The notes: generated by a model not told the origin, from the letters alone. A DNA stretch of 64,000 bases from Coleofasciculaceae cyanobacterium (GCA_049671305.1 JBATUR010000034.1:27195-91194), one strand, 5' to 3'. Counted from the first letter of the stretch, positions 38,217 through 48,667 are shown. Program-made: numbers and translations.

Positions 38217-41200
38217 TTACCAAGGATTACCAATCATTGTAAAAGAACTCCAATAATAAGGATGACTCAAATTGCGATCGCGTAATTGCTCTAGATTTGA
38301 TGGCAAGGTAAAATTGCCATTGGTTGTCACCAGTTTTCCTCCCTGCAACCGCACCTCGCCTTTAATCATCGCTAACTGAGCAAGGCGTAAGGCTTCAGAT
38401 TTAATTGGCGATTCTTTTAACTGCTCATAAAATTCTGTCATCAAACCAAATGTGCCATCATCACTGACATACCACAAACTCCCTAAAGCTGACTTCACCC
38501 CAGCTTGTATAGCTAACCCAGCAAACCCTAACTCCGCGCCCTCATCACCCAACGCCGTACGACAGGCACTTAATACCAACAACTCCACAGGCGGTTTATT
38601 TAACCCTAGCAATGGTAGCTGATCCAGACGCAGTTTGGTATCCCACAACTGAATATAAGAATTACTAGGTTTGCCAGGCAAAAACTCAGCATGAGTCGCT
38701 AAATGAATAATCCCATAGCGCTGTTCACTGCGGACTGCTTTCAGGTTTTTGATCGTAAAATCTTGATTGAGAAACGACTTACCGGGCCACAACTTATTAG
38801 CAATTGTAGACAACTCTACAGGTACTGCAGGCAGGGGTTTTTGCTCACTAAATGTATCAGCACCCATTGCCAAAACCTTAAGCTTACTCACATCCTTATA
38901 ACTAGTATTTGTTAGTGCCAAACTTGGCATTAAACCAAAGCTATAACGTTCTACAACAAACCCCTTACCATCATGAAGCGCTGCCAGGGGAATACTACGC
39001 AATCTACTATCCATAATGTAGACCAAATTTTGGATGCCCTGTTGTTGTAAATCTTTCTCCAGTGGCGCCAAAATTAACTGATACATCTTTTGTGCTGGAG
39101 CTAGATAACCCTTTGTATTTCTAACATTAGTCACATTACTCAAAAAATCATTAGCCAACTCCGTCACTTGAGCGCGAGTCGCGTTGATAGAATGGCGAAT
39201 TGGTTTGCCTTCAGGCGTAATTAAAACTAACTCCAACCTGTCGCTATCTTGACGTGTTTGGGAACGTAACACCGATGACTGACTAGCATCCGTTGCCCCT
39301 TGACTTGGCTTTTCTGTAGCAGAGGGCACTGTGGTAATGCTTTGAGGCACAAACATCGCGTAGACAAACGCCGCCTTAACACCCGTCTCACTCTGGACTT
39401 GACGTAGAGAATTCAGCGCATCTGCCAAAGAAACACCTTCAACCTGCTTAAGTCCAAAATAGCGAGTAAAATCTGCACTAAAAGCACTATCAATCTTCAT
39501 CTCACTCGAACTACTGGTGGGTTTATTTCCTTGCAGCACCGATGTTGTTTCTAACTGCGTTTGAGATTGCGTCAAATCAACTGGATTAATACCTAAATTT
39601 GACAAATTAAAAGGCAAATTAGGATTAATTGGTCTAATTGGTTTAATGGGATTGGGTGGTCGATCAACACTAATAAAGCTAATATTACCGATCGACTCAG
39701 TATAAGGAAAAGATTGCACTGGTGTAACTGTCTGTTGCCCACTAGTAATCGCCCCAGATGTCCCATTTACAGCACTATTTCCCACATCAAAAGGTATTAA
39801 ACCCTTGCCACCATGTTGGATTGTAATCGCCCCGCCACTGCCACCACCAACACTAGAAATACTCGCTGTTGTACCATTTGCTGCCAAGAAACTTTCAGTA
39901 ACCTGAAAAAACTCAGGAGTCTTAATATTAACCGTGCCACCCGTTGTTGTCCCTTGAGCATTAATCGAATTCAGCAACAAATTACCTTCAGCCTCAACCC
40001 TGATATTCCCAGCACTACCAGCATTACCGGTCGTATTAAGTTGACCCGCCGTAATTTGAGTTTTAGCGCCCAGGTTAATACCGCCCCCAATACTTCCAGA
40101 AGCATTAAGATTAGCCGCCCTAATTGACCCATCTTGACTACTCAGAGCAATATTGCCACCACTAGTTTGCACACCCGTACCCACAGCATTAAGGCTACCC
40201 GTAGCAACATTCCCCGCTGCCGTCACATTAATATCGCCCCCCTTACTGCCAGAAGTATTGAGATTAGCCGCTGTAACTGTCCCATTTTGACTACTCAGGA
40301 TAGTGTTGCCGCCATTACCTTGTGTACCAGTCCCACCAGTATTAATGCCGCCCGTGGCGATATTCCCACGAGAGGTGACAGACACAACACCCCCATTACT
40401 TCCAGAAGCATTAAGGTCACCTGTCGCCACTGCCCCGCCTTGACTACCGAGGACGATACTGCCGCCATTGCTCACGCTATTCGTCGCACCAGCATTAACG
40501 CTTCCCGTGGCGATATTTCCTGCCGCCGTCACATTAACATTACCTCCCTGGCTTGCCGAAGTATTGAGATTAGCCGTCGTAACTGTTCCTGAACTAGTTA
40601 GTCGAATATTGCCGCCACTAGTTTGAGGAGTTGTGCCGCTTGCACCAGCATCAATAATTCCCGTAGTCAGGTTACGACCCGACGTAATGTTCACCTCTCC
40701 ACCACGGATGATGTTATTGCCACCCGTTAGATTTGTGCCACGGGTATTAATCGCTGCCGTAGTAATGCCGCCACCAGCAGCAGAAAGAGTAACATTGCCG
40801 CCACTACCCGTCGCAGAACTTGTATTGAGTGTGCCAACAGCATTGATATTGCCGTTATTGGGTCCGTTATTGGTAACTACCAGTCCACCTGCAGTGATGT
40901 TACCTAGAGTAATATTGCCGCTAGTATTATTAGTTAAACCCGCACCTGTATTTAAAGTAATAGTTGTCAGTCCCCGACCTGAATTCAGCGTTACTCCAGG
41001 GGCAAAGCTAATTACAGCATTTCCAGGGTCACGGAAGGCATTAATTACACCATTTGCGGCTGTTTCGTTACCCACAAGGGTTAAATTGCCGTCGTCAGTA
41101 GTAATGTTGGCATTAAGAAGAATACTCCGCCCTGCCTGCATGGTTAAGCCACCACTTGCCCCAATCAGTCTGTTGCTGGTAATTGCTTGATTTACGGTGA

Positions 41201-43790
41201 TGTCATTGTTGGCTTGTAGGATGACATTCGTGCCAGTGTTGGTAATTGCCGTTATGGCACTAGGTGAAATTGCTAAAGATTGTGAGGGATTATCTGTAAA
41301 ACTTAAAGGTCTGAGGTTGCCGTTGAGGTCATATATATATGCCGCGCCTGCAGTTGGTGCAGCTATGTTATCAAAATGGCTACTAATCAGGACATTGGTG
41401 CCAGCCGCTGCCACCGCCCAACCAAATTCATTACCTGCTCCCGTTGTGCCATTGGGGTTAACAAAGGTTTGCTGCAATACCCCAGTTGTGCCATCAAATA
41501 AATAGGCTGCCCCGGCATTGGCTGCCCCAATATCAGCAGAGTGGGCACCGATGAGTACATTAGATCCAACTGCCGCGACTGACCGACCAAAGAAATCTCC
41601 TACTCCAGGATTTGGGTTATTAAAAGTTTGCTGCAATGCCCCAGTTGTGCCATCAAATAAATAAGCCGAACCTGCATTTACTGCCCCCGTACTGTCGCCC
41701 AAAGCCCCGACTAAAGCATTTGTACCAACTCCTGCTACTGACCAGCCAAAAAAGTCGCTGGCTGCTGGGGTAGGATTATCTAAGGTTTGCGATAATGCGC
41801 CGGTTGTGCTGTCAAAAATATAGGCTGAACCAACATCAATTAATCCACCAACGTCTTTGTAAGGTGCACCAATTAACACGTTTGCGCCTAACCCAGACAC
41901 GGAATAGCCAAATTGGTCGCTAACGCCGGGGGTCGGATTATTGAAGGTTTGTAGTAGTGCGTTGGTTGTGCCGTCAAATAAATAAGCCGAACCTGCCTGA
42001 AAGATTCCCCCTCCCGGACTTAAGGTAAATGGTGCACCCACCAAGATATTATTGCCCACACCCGCTACTGACCAACCAAAGCCGGCGCCCAATTCAGCAG
42101 TTGGGGTCGTTAAAGTATTTAGTAATGCGCCAGTTGTGCCGTTAAATAAATAGACGGCACCAGACTCTGAGGCTGCGGTGTTATCAAAGGGCGCCCCAAT
42201 TAAGACATCAGTTCCCAGGGCAGCGACTGAAAAGCCAAATTGCTCATTGGCGACAGGGGCAGTCGGCTTACTAAAGGTTTGCAGCAAGACGCCGGTATTA
42301 TCAAATAAATAGGCAAGTCCGGCATTGGCGACACCGCCTGGAGAGGCATTGGGCGCACCAATTAAAACGTTTGTTCCGACTGCGGCAATCGAAAAGCCGA
42401 AGTTTTCGCCCGATGTGGGGGTAGGGTTGAGGAAGGTGACTAGAGGCGAACTAGGGTCTTGAATTGTGATATTTTTGGGGTCGAGGAGCAATGTGCCTGG
42501 TTGACCGTTTGGCGCTGCGGCATCGACTGAACCTGTAAAAACTAGTAATTCTTTGCCGGAAGCTTCAATTAAGCCGCCATTACCACTAGTAGCACCACCA
42601 CGGCTACTGATACTGCCATAAAAGCGGGTTAGTTGGTCTGACCAAACGACGACTTGACCGCCGTCTCCTTGTCTGATGGCGTTGGCATTGATGCTGGAAT
42701 CGTCGCTGATTAGGGTTTGGGAGGCGTTGGGGACGAGTCCGTTGCCTTGGTAGTCGCCGCCTATACGGACGTTGCCGCCGCCATTTGCCCCAGAAGTGTT
42801 AATTGTGGAGTTGAATAAACCAACTTTATCGCCGAAAACGTTGACGGCACCGCCACGGCGTCCAGCTAGAGGATTGGAGGTGTTAATTGTACCAGCGATC
42901 GCTGTTCCTGGTGTGGTGGGGATGCTGATGCCGCTGCTCAACTGAACTCCCGATGGCGATACACTAAGTCTTGTCTCAATGTTTGGGGACGCCCCAGTTA
43001 GTAAGGTTGGTAAATCGAGGGGGTTAATGCTTACATTCTGCCCATCAATGCGCGGTGGAGTAATTTCTAAATTTAGCAAACTCCCGGTTTGTGAAATGCG
43101 GACGAGGTTTGCTGCTGGTACTGCTGTTAAGGAAATTGTCCCTGATGGTGCTTTGAGTTGTCCGGTGTTGATGACGTTGCCACCGATCAAAGTAAGGTTT
43201 TGTTGTTGTCGGACGGCTAAGAATCCTGCATTAATAATTGTGCCAGATTGGGCGTTGTCAAAGGCGAAAAGATTAGGAGTACCGTTGAAGTTTTGGTAAT
43301 TGTTAGAACCTGTGGCATTAAACCAATTATTGCCATCAAAGCCTATGCCTGTAGCGGTTGTGGCGGTAAAGGAGGCGGGCAGATTAAGCTGGGCGTTTGT
43401 GCCGAAAATTATCCCGGCAGGGTTCATCAAAAATAAGTTGGAGTTGCCTCCGGTTACTTGAATTAAGCCGTTAATGAGGGAAGGGTTGCCGCCGGTGACG
43501 CGCCCTAGAATATTTTGGATCGTGGGGTTTGATTGAAAATTGGCGGTTTGTCCGGAATTGAGGTTAAATTCTTGAAAACTATGAAAGAGGTTGAGGCGAT
43601 CGCCTGAGAGAGTTCCGCCTAAAATATTGTAGGTTGCTGGATTCTGGGGTGCTGGTGTGATGATGGTATTGCCATCAGCGCTAGGCGTTAAGGTTTGTGC
43701 TTGGGTATGGCGATTAGTATCAAGCCCAGCTATCCCAAGAAAAACAGCTAAAGATAACCATCCGACGTAATGCCGCCCAGCAAAGTTCAT
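38217..43790 (-). CDS. Giant secreted protein with the order signal peptide – TPS (filamentous haemagglutinin N-terminal) domain – β-helix repeats – FG-GAP β-propeller repeats – β-helix repeats – C-terminal CHAT (caspase-like) protease domain
   Basis: The TPS hallmarks are NILGGTLSGDRLNLFHSFQEFNL...NILGRVTGGNPSLINGLIQV...NLFLMNPAGIIFG. There are about 8 FG-GAP units (FGFSIAAVGTNVLIGAP..GAVYLFNG). About 44-aa Gly/Asn/Thr-rich β-helix repeats are present. The CHAT catalytic dyad context is HLATHAEF...LVLSACRTALG. The + strand ORFs from 39813 to 41505 are artefacts. Confidence 0.85.
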   Translation of the reverse strand: MNFAGRHYVGWLSLAVFLGIAGLDTNRHTQAQTLTPSADGNTIITPAPQNPATYNILGGTLSGDRLNLFHSFQEFNLNSGQTANFQSNPTIQNILGRVTGGNPSLINGLIQVTGGNSNLFLMNPAGIIFGTNAQLNLPASFTATTATGIGFDGNNWFNATGSNNYQNFNGTPNLFAFDNAQSGTIINAGFLAVRQQQNLTLIGGNVINTGQLKAPSGTISLTAVPAANLVRISQTGSLLNLEITPPRIDGQNVSINPLDLPTLLTGASPNIETRLSVSPSGVQLSSGISIPTTPGTAIAGTINTSNPLAGRRGGAVNVFGDKVGLFNSTINTSGANGGGNVRIGGDYQGNGLVPNASQTLISDDSSINANAIRQGDGGQVVVWSDQLTRFYGSISSRGGATSGNGGLIEASGKELLVFTGSVDAAAPNGQPGTLLLDPKNITIQDPSSPLVTFLNPTPTSGENFGFSIAAVGTNVLIGAPNASPGGVANAGLAYLFDNTGVLLQTFSKPTAPVANEQFGFSVAALGTDVLIGAPFDNTAASESGAVYLFNGTTGALLNTLTTPTAELGAGFGWSVAGVGNNILVGAPFTLSPGGGIFQAGSAYLFDGTTNALLQTFNNPTPGVSDQFGYSVSGLGANVLIGAPYKDVGGLIDVGSAYIFDSTTGALSQTLDNPTPAASDFFGWSVAGVGTNALVGALGDSTGAVNAGSAYLFDGTTGALQQTFNNPNPGVGDFFGRSVAAVGSNVLIGAHSADIGAANAGAAYLFDGTTGVLQQTFVNPNGTTGAGNEFGWAVAAAGTNVLISSHFDNIAAPTAGAAYIYDLNGNLRPLSFTDNPSQSLAISPSAITAITNTGTNVILQANNDITVNQAITSNRLIGASGGLTMQAGRSILLNANITTDDGNLTLVGNETAANGVINAFRDPGNAVISFAPGVTLNSGRGLTTITLNTGAGLTNNTSGNITLGNITAGGLVVTNNGPNNGNINAVGTLNTSSATGSGGNVTLSAAGGGITTAAINTRGTNLTGGNNIIRGGEVNITSGRNLTTGIIDAGASGTTPQTSGGNIRLTSSGTVTTANLNTSASQGGNVNVTAAGNIATGSVNAGATNSVSNGGSIVLGSQGGAVATGDLNASGSNGGVVSVTSRGNIATGGINTGGTGTQGNGGNTILSSQNGTVTAANLNTSGSKGGDINVTAAGNVATGSLNAVGTGVQTSGGNIALSSQDGSIRAANLNASGSIGGGINLGAKTQITAGQLNTTGNAGSAGNIRVEAEGNLLLNSINAQGTTTGGTVNIKTPEFFQVTESFLAANGTTASISSVGGGSGGAITIQHGGKGLIPFDVGNSAVNGTSGAITSGQQTVTPVQSFPYTESIGNISFISVDRPPNPIKPIRPINPNLPFNLSNLGINPVDLTQSQTQLETTSVLQGNKPTSSSSEMKIDSAFSADFTRYFGLKQVEGVSLADALNSLRQVQSETGVKAAFVYAMFVPQSITTVPSATEKPSQGATDASQSSVLRSQTRQDSDRLELVLITPEGKPIRHSINATRAQVTELANDFLSNVTNVRNTKGYLAPAQKMYQLILAPLEKDLQQQGIQNLVYIMDSRLRSIPLAALHDGKGFVVERYSFGLMPSLALTNTSYKDVSKLKVLAMGADTFSEQKPLPAVPVELSTIANKLWPGKSFLNQDFTIKNLKAVRSEQRYGIIHLATHAEFLPGKPSNSYIQLWDTKLRLDQLPLLGLNKPPVELLVLSACRTALGDEGAELGFAGLAIQAGVKSALGSLWYVSDDGTFGLMTEFYEQLKESPIKSEALRLAQLAMIKGEVRLQGGKLVTTNGNFTLPSNLEQLRDRNLSHPYYWSSFTMIGNPW

Positions 43791-43870
43791 TTCAATTTAA
43801 CCCTTGTGAATTGGTGAATCCAAATTTTACCGTCAAGGCTTTGCAGTCAGAATGTTGTTTTTGGGGGATA

Positions 43871-43962
43871 AAGCCTGATTAACTGCGTACCTGCCTAGGA
43901 AAGTCCCTCTAAAGCCTCAAGTTGAAGGTCGGGAATAAGGACTGATTAGCTGCCTACCTGTG
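43871..43962. promoter_or_regulatory. Two copies of a ~22-bp direct repeat (CTGATTARCTGCSTACCTG) spaced about 66 bp apart in the 5' region of the TPS–CHAT gene
   Basis: The copies are aagcctgattaactgcgtacctgcct at about 43871 and aaggactgattagctgcctacctgtg at about 43937. Confidence 0.3.
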
Positions 43963-44242
43963 TTTACATCTGTAATGAAACTCTTCTTTCTAACTTATGC
44001 TTTTTTCCGGCAATTGTCTCTATATTTGTTTGGCTTTATCTGTACTGAATTTGGCAACTGTTCACCAAAATTTGCTTAGGTTTAGCGTGGGTACATACTG
44101 ATTATAAGCTATGGATTCGTAAGACGGAAAAAATTACAGATTTGCCGTAAAACTTATTTTTTGGTCAATTAAAATTTAGTCACAAGTATCTCCTCAAAAT
44201 TAATAAATATTGTTAATTTCCAGAAAGTAGTCAAGCAAATAT

Positions 44243-46900
44243 TTACAAATGTTCAAATTCCGGGCATTTTCCGGCTGGATCAACTTGCAAGGAAAATAAA
44301 GGACTATCTTCACATTGACAACGTGCGGTTTCAAAATATTGACAACTTGCACAACAATCATCGCCAGAAGCGATCGCATCTTCAATTGCTTTTTGGCTAA
44401 TAACATTTTGTTGCGTCACGGGACTAAGTTTCAAATGATAGCCATCCCATTTCGCCTTAAGAATGCCACTACTAGCGAGCATTGACCAGCGCGGGTCATT
44501 TTCAACAATTGCTTCGGGAATGCGTAACCAAGCGCCTTCTACCTCTGCTTCTACTTCAATTTCAAACTCTTGAGGTAGCCCAATTCGGGTAATTTGATCT
44601 TTAGTCAAATGGTCTGGTGCTTGACCATAAGAAACGGCTTCTCCGACACCAGGAATATGAATATAATGTTTAGATCGCAAATCTCCAGAACGTGCTAATT
44701 CATGCAAAGCATTACCGCCGCCATGAATTAAAATCAGGTGTTTGGGATTAACTTTATTAATCACCTGAGTTAGTCCAATTTTATCAGCATGAGCTGAAAG
44801 ATTAAAGCGTCTAATTTCCGCTCTAACGGTTAATTCTGCACCATCCAATTCAATTTTGTCACCAGTTTGCAGATTTTGCAGCAACCGTCCTGGTGACTCT
44901 TCATCGGTGTAACCGGAAATAAAAATTGAAGCGTTTTCTCGTTCTAATAAAGTTTTGGCATAATACACCGATGCCCCACCTGTGAGCATACCAGAACTTG
45001 CTACAATCACGCTCGGTTTTGCCATTGCCAAAGGTCGTTCTCTAGGAGAACTAATAGGTATAACTGCTGGGGTTCCTTTGGGATCAAAAAATGGTTCTAA
45101 ACCATTTTGTCTGACTAAGTTTTGTACTGACGGTGGTAGGAAATCTAAGTTATCTCGAAATACATCAGTAACTGCCCTGACTAAACCATCAACAAAGATA
45201 GGAACTTGCAGTTTATGAAATAAATGAAAGGTGCGAATTGCCAAAAGAATTTCTTGCGCCCTACCCAAGGCAAAGGCAGGAATTAAAACATTACCGCCAT
45301 TTTGCACAATTTCAGCAATTGCTTCTAGTAAGGCGGTTTCTTGGGTTTTGCGGGCGGGGTGGACATCTGCCCCATAGGTTGATTCGGTGATTAAAATATC
45401 AGCGGTGGGTAAGTCGGCAACCCGTAGCCCAGTTGTAGTGCGCGATGAGGTGGTATTGTAGTCGCCAGTATAGATTAAAGAGCGATCGCCATATGTCAAA
45501 TAAATACAAGCTGCACCTAAAATATGACCTGCATTAATAAAGCGAACTTTTAATCCTGGCAGTGGTTCAAATTCCCGATTAGTTGGTTCGGTTTCTAATC
45601 TAAATAATGTCCTTTCTAAGTCAGTTTCATCAAATAATGCTTGTGAATCTTCATTCATTTGTTGCACTTTCAAACAATCTTGCAACATGACATGAGCAAT
45701 TTCACGAGTCCCCGATGTGCAGATCATTCTGACGCCGGGATAGCGGGCATGAAAAACTGGAACCGCACCTAAATGGTCTTGATGAGCATGAGAAATTAGT
45801 AGTAGATCAGGATTTTCTAGATAGTCTAAGGCAGGTAAAGGGTCATAACCTTTGGGGCGTGTGCCACAATCTAAAACGATTTCATAGGGACCTATTTTAA
45901 TTTGAAAACAAGACGCCCCAATGCCTTTGGCTGCCCCCAATGGTACGACTACTAAATGGCTATTTAATTGTGCTTGTTCTTCTAATTCTTGCTCATTAAT
46001 GGTGGCTTCAATAACTGGTATTTCGGCACTAGAAGTATATTGATAAACTCTCGGTTTTTGGCGGTTGAGAAAAACTTGTACTCTTGCTTGAATTTGAGCT
46101 GTTTGAGAAAAGGCATCCCATTCCCAACTTCGATTTTTGCGCTGTTTTGGTGTGCCCAATTGCCAATCTTGTACGCCAGTTTCGGCAATTAGTGCGGCTT
46201 TGGCTTTGTCGGTGGGGGGAGCAATTTTTTCATGGCGATCGAGTCCAATAATGGTATTGTTGACAATAATTTGATTTTTTGGTGTGGCTTCAGGAGCTGG
46301 AGAATTGCCGTTAATCTCTGGGTTGACTTCAACTAAATGTGTTTTAGCCGTTTGTTGTGTTGCTTCTGGTTGAAGTACGCTGTCTGAGTTGTTGGCGGGG
46401 ACTTCTTCAATGGGGTTTGCTTGTTGAATAGTCAGAGTATCGCCAAGGCGACAGGCAACAAGTTGCCACAATTGACCTACCTTCATGCGCGGGTCTGGAG
46501 CTAGTAAACTAATTTTGAGGGTTTTTTCTCCATGTCTACTAATTTTGAGCTGGACAATTTGACCACGCTTTCCTAGTTGTACAACTCGTCCAATTAGTTG
46601 GCAGGTTTCGCTGAATGTCTGAGTGTTGTCTGCCTCGGTATAACTCTCGACGCTTAAGTTTTGAATGATGCCTGTGGAGTCTGTGGTGGGAACAACTTGC
46701 CAAAGGCTGATACCTGTAGGTAAGTGTGGCGGTACGGCTTTGAGGCGAAACCGCAGGTTATCCTGGCACACCAAGTAGTTGAGGTTATCGACTGTCTCCA
46801 AATGTCCAAGGAGAGTAAATTGGAAGTAAGGGCTATTTGTGGAGAGTGTGGCTTCAGAAACGTTCAGCATTGTGTTGAGTAAGGTGGAAAGCGCGGTCAC
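44243..46900 (-). CDS. Metallo-β-lactamase fold / β-CASP family nucleic-acid hydrolase (885 aa) with a ~290-aa N-terminal extension and a C-terminal Cys-rich module
   Basis: The MBL motif is LISHAHQDHLGAVP. Downstream β-CASP-type Asp/His blocks are present (ESTYG..., ...IHGG). The C-terminus has CCASC...C.C...C. Confidence 0.7.
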   Translation of the reverse strand: MTALSTLLNTMLNVSEATLSTNSPYFQFTLLGHLETVDNLNYLVCQDNLRFRLKAVPPHLPTGISLWQVVPTTDSTGIIQNLSVESYTEADNTQTFSETCQLIGRVVQLGKRGQIVQLKISRHGEKTLKISLLAPDPRMKVGQLWQLVACRLGDTLTIQQANPIEEVPANNSDSVLQPEATQQTAKTHLVEVNPEINGNSPAPEATPKNQIIVNNTIIGLDRHEKIAPPTDKAKAALIAETGVQDWQLGTPKQRKNRSWEWDAFSQTAQIQARVQVFLNRQKPRVYQYTSSAEIPVIEATINEQELEEQAQLNSHLVVVPLGAAKGIGASCFQIKIGPYEIVLDCGTRPKGYDPLPALDYLENPDLLLISHAHQDHLGAVPVFHARYPGVRMICTSGTREIAHVMLQDCLKVQQMNEDSQALFDETDLERTLFRLETEPTNREFEPLPGLKVRFINAGHILGAACIYLTYGDRSLIYTGDYNTTSSRTTTGLRVADLPTADILITESTYGADVHPARKTQETALLEAIAEIVQNGGNVLIPAFALGRAQEILLAIRTFHLFHKLQVPIFVDGLVRAVTDVFRDNLDFLPPSVQNLVRQNGLEPFFDPKGTPAVIPISSPRERPLAMAKPSVIVASSGMLTGGASVYYAKTLLERENASIFISGYTDEESPGRLLQNLQTGDKIELDGAELTVRAEIRRFNLSAHADKIGLTQVINKVNPKHLILIHGGGNALHELARSGDLRSKHYIHIPGVGEAVSYGQAPDHLTKDQITRIGLPQEFEIEVEAEVEGAWLRIPEAIVENDPRWSMLASSGILKAKWDGYHLKLSPVTQQNVISQKAIEDAIASGDDCCASCQYFETARCQCEDSPLFSLQVDPAGKCPEFEHL

Positions 46901-47274
46901 ACAGATTTAGTATGTAATACGCACAGGAAAGAGTGTAGTTAGTCTCCTTTGTAGCAAACAATCAAGAGGAAGCGTGTTTGAAGGCGGTTAATCTCAAGGC
47001 TGGGTTCGTGGCACGAGGTTTTGCAGAACAAGATTGGGAAATTTTAACAAAAGGAACGATCACTTCTTGCTCAATCTTAATACTTATGCTGGTTTTATGT
47101 TTTTTGCTTAAAGATGTCGCCCCAGTAGTGATTGATTTGCCATTAAGAGACTAAGATGCAGTTAAGCTTGCCTGAGGTCTAGCTGTAGTAAGAATATTTC
47201 GGCTGTGTTTAGTGACCAAGACCTCGTAAGATTACACAATTTTTAATTATTTTAAACGTCCCTTAACAACATTT

Positions 47275-47637
47275 TTGTTAATGAACTCTATTACTGACGG
47301 CTACAGACAACGCCTTGATTTTCAAGACCTGGAATTGCTGTCAAATCAGTACTCCGAGGTGAAGCTGTTTTCTAATGGTCTTTCTGAGTTATTTGCCCAA
47401 GCCAGTAATTGTGGTTTCCTGACTCGTTTTGATCGTTATAAACTGATGATGACGCTCTTGGAGTCGTCTCTTTCTGATGAAGAAAAAGCTGCTCTTGACC
47501 GATTGCTTTATGGGGTCTACCGGGGACGCATCCGTCTAATAGAGGATATTTCTGCTGAATTTCCTGGATTAGAATTAAGTCATCCTCAGTATGAACCAAG
47601 TGAGCCGTCGATGCTTTTGATTCGTGGCAGTATTTAA
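47275..47637 (+). CDS. Hypothetical protein (120 aa)
   Basis: ORF only. Confidence 0.3.
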   Translation: MLMNSITDGYRQRLDFQDLELLSNQYSEVKLFSNGLSELFAQASNCGFLTRFDRYKLMMTLLESSLSDEEKAALDRLLYGVYRGRIRLIEDISAEFPGLELSHPQYEPSEPSMLLIRGSI

Positions 47638-47905
47638 TCTTGCCGCCTAGTTACATTAACAGGACTTACGCACTCAGACATTTAAAATGGCTGTAACTTT
47701 TTGTTCTCCGTTTTCCGTTCCCTGTTTCCCAGAGGCTAAAACGTTGATTTTTCGTTCCCTGCGTAAGTCCTAATTAGTTGTTCTGGCTAATGAGTATCAA
47801 GTTTAAAGTAAGCGGTATGGCATAAAGTGCAATTTGCTCAGAGATATATAGTTAAGATTCGCTCTTGCTTGCTAAGAGTATTTAATAAAAGGAGAAGTTT
47901 TAATT

Positions 47906-48667
47906 ATGAATCAGAAGAAGTCTCTTAGTGGATTTGGTCTTGCTATCGCCTGCACAGAAATACTGCTGATGCTTGCCTTCTCGTCAGTTAAGGCTCAAGC
48001 AATTACCTTTCCGCCGACGCAGCCGCGAGGTGCCCCTGCTAGGACAGTTGGGGGAGGACAGCGGGGGGGTGGTGATGATGATATCAGTTGCTTGAGTAGC
48101 AATCCACCTTTGACAGCTTTAGCTCCCGATAATAATGTGGTAACTACAGTTTCTGCCAATCCCTCATTGTTTGTCTATGTGCCAAAAACAGAGGCAAAGT
48201 CAGCAGAATTGGTAATTTTGGAGAGTGAGACTTTGCAAAAAGTTTACCAAACAAAGGTGGTTCTTAAGGGTATTCCTGGTATTATTAAGCTGAATATTCC
48301 GAGCAGTGTGGCTCTAAAAACTGGCACACAATATTTGTGGAAGTTTTCAGTTTTTTGCAATCCAGAAGGTTTCTCAATAGAGCGTTTTGTTACGGGGTAT
48401 ATTGAGAGGACTGAGCTGAATTTGGATGCAAAAACTAAACTAGAAAAAGCTAAAGAACCTTTAGAGAAGGTTGAGGTATATGCGAATGCTCAGGTTTGGC
48501 AAGAAACTTTGAGTCTGTTAGCGCAGATGCATTATGAGCGTCCAGATGATACTAATGTGACGGATGCTTGGCGAGAGTTTTTAAGTTCGGTAAAGTTAGA
48601 AGCGATCGCTTCCCAACCTCTGATTGAATGTTGTACTGTGGCGCCAATAAGTAAGTTACAACAATAA
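47906..48667 (+). CDS. Secreted DUF928-like protein
   Basis: It has a signal peptide followed by FPPTQPRGAPARTVGGGQRGG, a start typical of DUF928. It lies immediately upstream of a CHASE2-domain gene, which is the usual neighbourhood for that family. Confidence 0.5.
   Translation: MNQKKSLSGFGLAIACTEILLMLAFSSVKAQAITFPPTQPRGAPARTVGGGQRGGGDDDISCLSSNPPLTALAPDNNVVTTVSANPSLFVYVPKTEAKSAELVILESETLQKVYQTKVVLKGIPGIIKLNIPSSVALKTGTQYLWKFSVFCNPEGFSIERFVTGYIERTELNLDAKTKLEKAKEPLEKVEVYANAQVWQETLSLLAQMHYERPDDTNVTDAWREFLSSVKLEAIASQPLIECCTVAPISKLQQ

Noticed and set aside
39813-41590. Several 100–185-aa ORFs on the + strand inside the TPS–CHAT gene
   Set aside because: They lie antisense to a gene with strong domain signatures, have low-complexity translations (Pro, Arg and Ser-rich) and arise from GC-skewed Gly/Asn/Thr repeat DNA.
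46901-47274. Possible NtcA site (GTA..TAC) in the promoter of the MBL gene
   Set aside because: The spacing is GTA-N5-TAC, not the required N8.
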